From the sequence record OY723376.1: DNA of 10,167 nt, one strand, 5' to 3'. Below, one piece after another: positions 1 through 7,221 of the stretch; position 1 is the stretch's first letter, and each line of letters starts with the position of its first letter. The position numbers were made by a program, and so were the translations under genes. Under the pieces are notes generated by a model. That model made no database searches, was not told the DNA's origin, and saw nothing but the letters and a program-made list of their open reading frames with translations.

Positions 1-251
1 GCTCATTTAGGGGTACCCGTAAATGGCATAATTGCCCCGATTTCGCGTACTCATATTCCTAAGGTCACTGTAAGGAATATGGTCTCCGGCGATGGCATTC
101 CCATTGTGTGCATCCGAAAAGGGCATAAAATGACCCATTTTAGGCACTTTTGGGCCTTTTGGGGTCGCGAATGTGCACTTTCAGACCCCCAATATGCCCA
201 AAAGGGTCCAAAATGATGCATTCGTTTTCTGTCTGACTCGGATCCGCCCTT

Positions 252-270
252 CGCGCGCGCGCGCGTGTGT
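252..270. repeat. (CG)7(TG)2T alternating pyrimidine-purine tract (potential Z-DNA former)
   Basis: cgcgcgcgcgcgcgtgtgt read directly. 19 nt of strict pyrimidine/purine alternation. Confidence 0.9.
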
Positions 271-674
271 TACTATACACTAAGGGCACACAATTTAGGG
301 GTTCCGAGGACCTCCAGACCCCCAATCCGACACCCTCTGGGATACCCTATCTGAGGGGTACGGGCCCGAATCCCTTAGGAGCACCTTAGGGATGGCATTG
401 GGGAGGGGTCTGGGAGCACCCAGAAAGGGTCCCAAAACGAGTGATTTAGGGTCCAAAACACCCATTTTGGGAGGTCTCGGGATACCTCAGATACCCCATT
501 TCTGGAGGTCTTGGGGTCCTCAGATCATGGCATCCGTGTCCTCAGATACCTAATACCTATGGTCTGCGAGTCCTTAGTACCTATCTGCATGGTCTGTATG
601 CCCGTATCCTCTGTGCCATGTCCTCTGTGCATGTCCTCAGTACCTCTCTGCGAGTCCTTAGTACCTAATGCCTA

Positions 675-722
675 TACCTATCTGCATACCTATCTGCATA
701 CCTATCTGCATACCTATCTGCA
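675..722. repeat. 12-bp minisatellite (tacctatctgca) x4, perfect
   Basis: Four consecutive perfect copies at 675..686, 687..698, 699..710 and 711..722. They produce the YLHT x4 run in the ORF-track peptide. Confidence 0.95.
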
Positions 723-1121
723 CAGGTCCTCAGATACATCGCGAGCATCCCCGGACCCCATATCTCATGATCTGATGGTCTCCGGATCCGCTCATGGTCT
801 CCAGATCTGCACATCCCCAGACCCCTAATCCGATACCCACAGCATATGGTCTCATAGTATGTATCTAATGGTGATGGTATCCATAGTGGTCTGTATCCCT
901 ACTACACACCCCATGGTATGTAGTGCATATGGTCTGCATGCCCTCATGGTCTCCGGATCCCTGCATCCCTGGATCCCATACCCATGGCATCCCCAGACCC
1001 CCGGATCTCATGATTCCAGACCCCAAATCCATCATTTTGAGACCTCTAAAATCATCATTTTAGACCCCAAAACCATGGATTTCAGGTCCTCAGATATGCT
1101 CTCCGGGATGCTCGTAATGGT

Positions 1122-1247
1122 CATAATGGCTCTCTGAGGATATGGGGATACTCCCCGTAGGCCTCTCGGTAGCCCAGGATGCACGGAGGGACATTCCCTG
1201 TGGAGGTGATCTCCTCAGGTATCCCGTATGCCATATCCTGTCATTAG
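1122..1247. repeat. 126-bp dispersed element, type a (contains the 64-bp invariant core 1157..1220)
   Basis: cataatggctctctgaggatatgggg...gtaggcctctcggtagcccaggatgcacggagggacattccctgtggaggtgatctcctcaggt...tcattag. Paralogs at 1673..1771 and 5714..5839. Confidence 0.9.
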
Positions 1248-1297
1248 GTACCCATTCCGACCCATTTGGTGTCCCCAAAATCATCACTTTTGGTGAC

Positions 1298-1315
1298 CAA
1301 AGGGGTACCCCTTTG
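1298..1315. repeat. 18-bp perfect palindrome caaaggggtacccctttg centred on GGTACC
   Basis: The sequence equals its own reverse complement. A 6-bp-stem inverted repeat, ccaaaa-tcatcac-ttttgg, lies just upstream at 1275..1293. Confidence 0.9.
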
Positions 1316-1672
1316 CAACACGTTTTGGGACCCCCTAAAATGGTCACTTTTGGGACCTCTTTAGGTACCCTTCCCGGCACCCCTTAAGGGCCATCCTTCG
1401 AGGAATGGCACCATTTAGGGGGTCTGAAAGGGGGTCAGAAAGGGTGCTAAAAGGGTACATGCATGAGTACTCACACACCATCTTTAAGGGGTTTCGGGGG
1501 TTCTGTATCCCTCGAAGGATCCCCCTTAGTATATGGGGTGGTGTTCCCATGTGCAAAAGGGGCTAAAAGAGGTGTTTTCGACCCTTTTTGCATGCCAAAA
1601 CCACCAAAATCGATGGTTTTGAGCACCCCAAATCACTCATTTTGGGGGTTTCGGGCCCTGTCCAATACCCTC

Positions 1673-1771
1673 CATAATGGTCTCTTAGAGGATATGGGGT
1701 ACTGCATGTAGGCCTCTCGGTAGCCCAGGATGCACGGAGGGACATTCCCTGTGGAGGTGATCTCCTCAGGT
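1673..1771. repeat. Dispersed element, type b (core 1708..1771 identical to 1157..1220)
   Basis: Begins with the same cataatgg. Its 5' part is diverged. It then carries the 64-bp core without a mismatch. Similarity ends right after caggt. Confidence 0.9.
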
Positions 1772-1820
1772 TCCATAATGCCCTAGATGTGCTAATCCCG
1801 TGCCGATACCTACTCGCAAC

Positions 1821-1847
1821 ACATGTTTTGGGACCCCTAAAACATGT
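1821..1847. repeat. 27-bp inverted repeat acatgtttt-gggacccct-aaaacatgt (9-bp perfect arms)
   Basis: The arms are exact reverse complements. The spacer is partly self-complementary (gg/cc). Confidence 0.85.
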
Positions 1848-2049
1848 ATTTCGACCCATTTGGGGTCCTCATACCATGGCACCATCCTCTGTGCACATAC
1901 CATGTATCTAGAGGATGTGGTCTCCATAGGTATCGTGGGCATATCCCCTACCCTATGATATAGGTACCATGCAGAGCATGTGTACTCCTTATAGCATATG
2001 TAGTGATCCCCATGGTGTCTAAGGGATCTGGTGATGTACTGGATATCAC

Positions 2050-2552
2050 CATAATCATGTAATCTGAGTACATCAAATCATGTGTTTTCATGTCATCAAA
2101 TGCATGCAATATCATGATATCTGGTGTCTACTGGATACTCCCTATATACCATATAGTACTCCATACACCTCTGCATGGTGTAATGGTACCTATACTCCCC
2201 ATGTACTGTATACCATAGGATACATGGTACTAATGGTGTGTATGCTGTTGTACTAGTGGTATTAGATGTGTATACCTACTCATAATGAGTACTTCATGTC
2301 ATCAAATCATGTGTTTTCATGTCATCAAATGCATGCCATTACATGATATCTGGTGATTACTGGATACTCCCTATATACCATATAGTACTCCATACACCTC
2401 TGCATGGTGTAATGGTACCCGTACTCCCCATGTACTGTATACCATAGGATACATGGTACTAATGGTGTGTATGGTGTTGTACTAGTGGTATTAGATGTGT
2501 ATACCTACTCATAATGAGTACTTCATGTCATCAAATGCATGCATTTACATGA
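2050..2552. repeat. ~229-bp subrepeat array in the short unit (partial + full + partial copy)
   Basis: The phase marker ttagatgtg starts at 2262 and 2491 (period 229). Consecutive copies share catgtcatcaaat...ctggatactccctatataccatatagtactccatacacctctgcatggtg...gtactagtggta. Confidence 0.9.
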
Positions 2553-2964
2553 TGATACTGCTCATGAGTACCTACTCGTAATAGTATACATGTGGTATCC
2601 ATGGTATACATAGTACTCGTAGTGTATGCTGTTAGGCTATGGTATAGGGGTATCCTGCACCCCGCATACCCTCCGTGCATACTACTAGTATCCTGTGTAT
2701 CACTAGATACTGTATATGATCATACGTGCAAACCATGTGTTTAGATGTCTCGAAACATGTGTTTTGGTGTCATGACATACACATTCTGTACTACTAATGA
2801 GTACCTGTTCATGGTATGTGCTGTAAGGGATACTAGGGGATATGGTGTATACCTCTAATGGGGCATATGCTGCCATTAGGGATACCCCCAATACCTATAG
2901 TACTCTGTATAGCTCATTACACCATGATATGCAATAGTAGTGGATTCGCTCATCTCGACTAGAT

Positions 2965-2983
2965 CATGTCACGAAATGACATG
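2965..2983. repeat. Short inverted repeat catgtca-cgaaa-tgacatg (7-bp stem, 5-nt loop)
   Basis: The arms are exact reverse complements. Confidence 0.8.
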
Positions 2984-3383
2984 TTTTGGGAGGTGTGCCG
3001 ATACCCACTAGTAACACATATACTGTATGGTATGCAGGTATCCCCATTCCCTCGATAAAGAGGCATTAAGGGATATGCACATGCCACCAGTACACTGAGG
3101 GATCCAAGGGGTGCCAAAAGGGGTCCAAAAGTGCTCATTTAGGGGTACCCGTAAATGGCATAATTGCCCCGATTTCGCGTACTCATATTCCTAAGGTCAC
3201 TGTAAGGAATATGGTCTCCGGCGATGGCATTCCCATTGTGTGCATCCGAAAAGGGCATAAAATGACCCATTTTAGGCACTTTTGGGCCTTTTGGGGTCGC
3301 GAATGTGCACTTTCAGACCCCCAATATGCCCAAAAGGGTCCAAAATGATGCATTCGTTTTCTGTCTGACTCGGATCCGCCCTT

Positions 3384-3402
3384 CGCGCGCGCGCGCGTGT
3401 GT
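3384..3402. repeat. (CG)7(TG)2T alternating tract
   Basis: Same tract at offset 3132. Confidence 0.9.
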
Positions 3403-3806
3403 TACTATACACTAAGGGCACACAATTTAGGGGTTCCGAGGACCTCCAGACCCCCAATCCGACACCCTCTGGGATACCCTATCTGAGGGGTACGGGCCCG
3501 AATCCCTTAGGAGCACCTTAGGGATGGCATTGGGGAGGGGTCTGGGAGCACCCAGAAAGGGTCCCAAAACGAGTGATTTAGGGTCCAAAACACCCATTTT
3601 GGGAGGTCTCGGGATACCTCAGATACCCCATTTCTGGAGGTCTTGGGGTCCTCAGATCATGGCATCCGTGTCCTCAGATACCTAATACCTATGGTCTGCG
3701 AGTCCTTAGTACCTATCTGCATGGTCTGTATGCCCGTATCCTCTGTGCCATGTCCTCTGTGCATGTCCTCAGTACCTCTCTGCGAGTCCTTAGTACCTAA
3801 TGCCTA

Positions 3807-3854
3807 TACCTATCTGCATACCTATCTGCATACCTATCTGCATACCTATCTGCA
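3807..3854. repeat. 12-bp minisatellite (tacctatctgca) x4
   Basis: Same array at offset 3132, also four copies. Confidence 0.95.
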
Positions 3855-4253
3855 CAGGTCCTCAGATACATCGCGAGCATCCCCGGACCCCATATCTCAT
3901 GATCTGATGGTCTCCGGATCCGCTCATGGTCTCCAGATCTGCACATCCCCAGACCCCTAATCCGATACCCACAGCATATGGTCTCATAGTATGTATCTAA
4001 TGGTGATGGTATCCATAGTGGTCTGTATCCCTACTACACACCCCATGGTATGTAGTGCATATGGTCTGCATGCCCTCATGGTCTCCGGATCCCTGCATCC
4101 CTGGATCCCATACCCATGGCATCCCCAGACCCCCGGATCTCATGATTCCAGACCCCAAATCCATCATTTTGAGACCTCTAAAATCATCATTTTAGACCCC
4201 AAAACCATGGATTTCAGGTCCTCAGATATGCTCTCCGGGATGCTCGTAATGGT

Positions 4254-4379
4254 CATAATGGCTCTCTGAGGATATGGGGATACTCCCCGTAGGCCTCTCG
4301 GTAGCCCAGGATGCACGGAGGGACATTCCCTGTGGAGGTGATCTCCTCAGGTATCCCGTATGCCATATCCTGTCATTAG
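4254..4379. repeat. 126-bp dispersed element, type a, in unit 2
   Basis: Equals 1122..1247 at offset 3132. Confidence 0.9.
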
Positions 4380-4429
4380 GTACCCATTCCGACCCATTTG
4401 GTGTCCCCAAAATCATCACTTTTGGTGAC

Positions 4430-4447
4430 CAAAGGGGTACCCCTTTG
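4430..4447. repeat. 18-bp perfect palindrome caaaggggtacccctttg
   Basis: Same at offset 3132. Confidence 0.9.
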
Positions 4448-4804
4448 CAACACGTTTTGGGACCCCCTAAAATGGTCACTTTTGGGACCTCTTTAGGTAC
4501 CCTTCCCGGCACCCCTTAAGGGCCATCCTTCGAGGAATGGCACCATTTAGGGGGTCTGAAAGGGGGTCAGAAAGGGTGCTAAAAGGGTACATGCATGAGT
4601 ACTCACACACCATCTTTAAGGGGTTTCGGGGGTTCTGTATCCCTCGAAGGATCCCCCTTAGTATATGGGGTGGTGTTCCCATGTGCAAAAGGGGCTAAAA
4701 GAGGTGTTTTCGACCCTTTTTGCATGCCAAAACCACCAAAATCGATGGTTTTGAGCACCCCAAATCACTCATTTTGGGGGTTTCGGGCCCTGTCCAATAC
4801 CCTC

Positions 4805-4903
4805 CATAATGGTCTCTTAGAGGATATGGGGTACTGCATGTAGGCCTCTCGGTAGCCCAGGATGCACGGAGGGACATTCCCTGTGGAGGTGATCTCCTCA
4901 GGT
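4805..4903. repeat. Dispersed element, type b, in unit 2
   Basis: Equals 1673..1771 at offset 3132. Confidence 0.9.
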
Positions 4904-4952
4904 TCCATAATGCCCTAGATGTGCTAATCCCGTGCCGATACCTACTCGCAAC

Positions 4953-4979
4953 ACATGTTTTGGGACCCCTAAAACATGT
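4953..4979. repeat. 27-bp inverted repeat (9-bp arms)
   Basis: Same at offset 3132. Confidence 0.85.
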
Positions 4980-5181
4980 ATTTCGACCCATTTGGGGTCC
5001 TCATACCATGGCACCATCCTCTGTGCACATACCATGTATCTAGAGGATGTGGTCTCCATAGGTATCGTGGGCATATCCCCTACCCTATGATATAGGTACC
5101 ATGCAGAGCATGTGTACTCCTTATAGCATATGTAGTGATCCCCATGGTGTCTAAGGGATCTGGTGATGTACTGGATATCAC

Positions 5182-5707
5182 CATAATCATGTAATCTGAG
5201 TACATCAAATCATGTGTTTTCATGTCATCAAATGCATGCAATATCATGATATCTGGTGTCTACTGGATACCCTCTACATACCACATAGTACCCAAATACC
5301 TGCAAGGGCGGATCCTTATGATTCCCCTTGTACGGATATGCTGTAGTACTAGTGTTAGTGGGTACCATAATGAGTACATATCGAGTACTTCATATCATCA
5401 GATCATGTGTTTTCATGTCATCAAATGCATGCAATATCATGATATCTGGTGTCTACTGGATACTCCCTATATACCATATAGTACTCCATACACCTCTGCA
5501 TGGTGTAATGGTACCTATACTCCCCATGTACTGTATACCATAGGATACATGGTACTAATGGTGTGTATGCTGTTGTACTAGTGGTATTAGATGTGTATAC
5601 CTACTCATAATGAGTACTTCATGTCATCAAAACACATGATTTCATGTCATCAAATCTATGCAATTACATGATATTCCGTGTATCTAATGATGTGCTGGAT
5701 ACTCCCT
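5182..5707. repeat. ~229-bp-family subrepeat array, first block of the long unit, including a 193-bp variant copy
   Basis: 68-bp direct repeats at 5203..5270 and 5396..5463 (1 mismatch) flank variant sequence. 5464..5625 again matches 2139..2300. The copy starting at 5587 breaks off at ctggatactccct. Confidence 0.85.
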
Positions 5708-5713
5708 AATGGC

Positions 5714-5839
5714 CATAATGGCTCCTTAGAGGTATGGGGATACTCCCCGTAGGCCTCTCGGTAGCCTGGATGTGCAGAGAGGGTATTCCCTGTGGAGGTG
5801 GTCTCCTCAGGTATCCCGTATGCCATATCCTGTCATTAG
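5714..5839. repeat. 126-bp dispersed element, diverged copy (type c) inside the long-unit core
   Basis: Full-length match to type a, including the tail tatcccgtatgccatatcctgtcattag. The centre of the core (5749..5812) carries several substitutions and small indels. Confidence 0.85.
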
Positions 5840-6050
5840 ATGTGTATACCTACTCATTTCATGTCATCAAATCATGTGTTTTCATGTCATCAAATGCATG
5901 CCAATACCATGATATCTGGTGTTACAGGGACTCCTCTAGATACCCATAGTACTCCATATACTCCCGTAATGGTGTAATGGTACCCGTAGCCCCCATGTCC
6001 TATATACCATAGGATACATGGTCTGCTGGTATGTATCTAGTAGTACTCGT
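5836..6050. repeat. Diverged copy of the ~229-bp subrepeat
   Basis: Starts with ttagatgtgtatacctactcat. It then carries catgtcatcaaatcatgtgttttcatgtcatcaaatgcatgcc...ccataggatacatgg with scattered substitutions. Confidence 0.8.
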
Positions 6051-6262
6051 TGCCTGTACCCCTCCGAAAGGGTCTAAATACACCATTTTAGGGGTCCAAA
6101 ACACCCATTTTAGGGTCCTAAAAGTGCTCATGGGGGTACCCCCACGAGCCCTTTTTATGACCATTTCTGGGCTTGATTTGCGGACCCCTTTTGGGGGATT
6201 GAATCACCCGTTTTGGGACCTCCAGAAAGGTGCCAAAAGTGGTCATTTTAGACACCCCAAAT
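6051..6262. repeat. Condensed, degenerate paralog of the G/C-run domain
   Basis: Shares strings such as ggggtccaaaacacccatttt and ggtcctaaaagtgctcatgggggtaccc with 441..470 and 3121..3150. It has the same CCAAAA/TTTTGG vocabulary. The alignment is patchy. Confidence 0.6.
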
Positions 6263-6540
6263 CATGTATTTAGACCCTTTTGGGGACCTCATACCATGGC
6301 ACCATCCTCTGAGCACATACCATGTATCTAGAGGATATGGTCTCCATAGGTATCATGAGGGATACCCCTACCCTATGATATAGGTACCATGCAGAGCATG
6401 TGTACTCCTTATAGCATATGTAGTGATCCCCATGGTCTCTAAGGGATCTGGTGATGTCCTGGATACCACCATAATCATGTAATTGAGTACATGAAATCAT
6501 GTGTTTTGATGTCATGATTTGATGCCATGATCTCATGATC
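6263..6540. repeat. Diverged paralog of 1843..2121 (equivalent to 4975..5253)
   Basis: Collinear at offset 4420. I counted 12 mismatches in 6301..6480 against 1881..2060, about 93 percent identity. Confidence 0.85.
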
Positions 6541-6712
6541 TGATGGTATGATGAGTACATACTACTACATACTACTAGTACATGCATGCCATACCACCAT
6601 AGTACCACTGTATGGTATGGTACAGGGTTAAGGTGCTATCCCTGAGGATGACCTATTCTGTGCATGCAGATAGTAGTGTATCTGTTCATAGTACTACTCA
6701 TACTACTACATC

Positions 6713-6757
6713 ATTCCATACCACCATTGTATCATGTATTCCATACCACCATTGTAT
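6713..6757. repeat. Direct repeat attccataccaccattgtat x2 (25-bp period)
   Basis: Exact 20-mers at 6713..6732 and 6738..6757. Confidence 0.85.
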
Positions 6758-7116
6758 ACATTGCATGGTATGATGAGTACTAGTATACTGTATGGTGTGC
6801 ATCTCTACATACTACTAGTAGTACATGTGGTGATAGAGACAGTGATTCGTACATGGTATACGTCCTAGTAATCATGCCGCTACTGCATCACCCATATACT
6901 ATACACAGCAGTATCCGTGCACTAATGGATATAGAGGTGCACGTAATAGTGTACTGGATGGTGCACAAGTACAGTGACTACCTATCCCTTATAGCTATCC
7001 TATATGCATATCGTGTAGCCTATCTGAGTATCGTGATACCCTCATATGCTGTATACAGCACTGTTGGATGTATCTACGGTCTCTCAGTGTGCATACCACT
7101 GCTAATAGATAGTAGG

Positions 7117-7138
7117 GTAACGTTAAAGGTCACGTTAC
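7117..7138. repeat. Inverted repeat gtaacgt-taaaggtc-acgttac (7-bp stem, 8-nt loop)
   Basis: The arms are exact reverse complements. This is the single occurrence in the window. Confidence 0.75.
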
Positions 7139-7221
7139 TGTCTACTAGTGCATAGTCTCTCCCTTGGTCCCTCACTCCCTGTATGGCAGTGTATAGACCA
7201 TGTAGAGATACTATGCACTAA

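Larger units (their letters stand above)
1..1842. other. Compositional domain 1 of the unit: G/C-run-rich and dense in telomere-like heptamers (copies at 3133..4974 and 8313..10154)
   Basis: 17 exact TTTAGGG, CCCTAAA, TTTTGGG or CCCAAAA heptamers counted in this span. Many GGATCC and GGTACC sites. Confidence 0.7.
1843..3090. other. Compositional domain 2 of the unit: AT-richer, CATG/GTAC-rich, contains the 229-bp subrepeats (approximate boundaries)
   Basis: 8 CATG and 6 GTAC counted in 2041..2280 alone. The vocabulary changes visibly relative to 1..1842. Confidence 0.65.
1..3132. repeat. Higher-order tandem repeat unit, short variant (3,132 bp), copy 1 (phase chosen arbitrarily at the window start)
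   Basis: 1..2138 is identical to 3133..5270, checked line by line. All ORF-track translations in this span recur unchanged at +3132. 2522..3132 matches 7702..8312 with one difference (t2802 vs c7982). Confidence 0.95.
6541..7221. other. Only stretch without a close second copy in the window; probably strongly decayed 229-bp-family subrepeats
   Basis: tggtatgatgagtac recurs at 6544 and 6766. ctacatactactagta recurs at 6565 and 6805, a spacing of 222 to 240 bp. Fragments such as ccataccaccatagtaccactgtatggtatggtac resemble the subrepeat consensus. Confidence 0.5.

Noticed and set aside
148-164. Genuine telomere, because of TTTTGGGG, TTTAGGG and CCCTAAA words.
   Set aside because: The motifs are never tandemly iterated and occur in both orientations throughout the unit. 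They are telomere-like words, not a telomeric array.
140-325. The 61-aa minus-strand ORF is present three times with identical translation (140, 3272, 8452), as are the other ORF families that recur at +3132 and +8312.
   Set aside because: The identity only reflects identical DNA copies. It is not purifying selection, because there are no substitutions to evaluate. The peptide runs through the (CG)7 tract, giving RARARR.
511-1137. Two ORF-track entries (511..828 and 859..1137) lie in the same plus-strand frame and are separated by a single TAA at 826..828. This suggests a 209-codon gene read with a reassigned stop codon or readthrough.
   Set aside because: The plus strand here is pyrimidine-rich (77 of 120 nt in 541..660 by my count), which depletes purine-rich stop codons by itself. 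The peptide is low-complexity (LVP, MVC, MVSGS and YLHT x4 from the 12-bp minisatellite) and resembles no family I recognise. The first ORF starts at TTG, and the GGAGG at 504..508 is only 2 nt away. I cannot exclude a repetitive eukaryotic protein without RNA-seq or proteomics, and nothing in the sequence supports one.
1136-1144. Shine-Dalgarno-like gagga directly upstream of the ATG at 1142, and GGAGG upstream of the TTG at 511.
   Set aside because: Spacing of 1 to 2 nt is too short for a functional RBS. GGAGG and GAGGA words are frequent throughout this domain as part of the repeat vocabulary.
1122-1247. The 126-bp element as a tRNA, 5S rRNA, spliced-leader RNA gene or SINE. Prompts were tagcccagga resembling a pol III box A, ccgtag..ggtagcccagg vaguely recalling alveolate SL exons, and the core ending in cag|gt.
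   Set aside because: I could not fold a cloverleaf: there is no T-loop GTTCGAA-type motif and no 7-bp acceptor pairing. The reverse strand has only scattered 5S-like words and is too short. The SL similarity needs several indels. This remains an untested possibility and is covered by the core-element finding.
1535-1545. ggggtggtgtt resembles the kinetoplast minicircle universal sequence GGGGTTGGTGTA.
   Set aside because: It is an inexact match with one deletion and one substitution. The expected CSB-1/CSB-2 arrangement is absent, and the composition is unlike AT-rich minicircles.
1090-1859. Stacked ORFs of 70 to 98 aa on both strands (1090..1380 minus, 1142..1387 plus, 1344..1556 minus, 1463..1711 plus, 1563..1859 minus). 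1344..1556 and 1563..1859 are in one frame, separated by a single TAG.
   Set aside because: Both strands being open over the same DNA is a hallmark of compositional artefact. The peptides are Gly/Pro/Lys-rich translations of the GGG/CCC/AAAA motifs. The same 64-bp core is translated on both strands (MGILPVGLSVAQDARRDIPCGGDLL and RRSPPQGMSLRASWATERPT).
2802-2802. The single inter-unit substitution is synonymous (GTA to GTG, Val) in the minus-strand ORF 2703..2891 / 7883..8071.
   Set aside because: One substitution carries no statistical weight. The ORF is 62 aa with no other support.
5222-5581. The longest ORF in the window (119 aa, plus strand), overlapped by a 71-aa ORF in another frame.
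   Set aside because: It lies entirely in 229-bp-family subrepeats. Related subrepeat copies are open in different frames or interrupted (compare 7449..7664), so no reading frame is conserved among copies.
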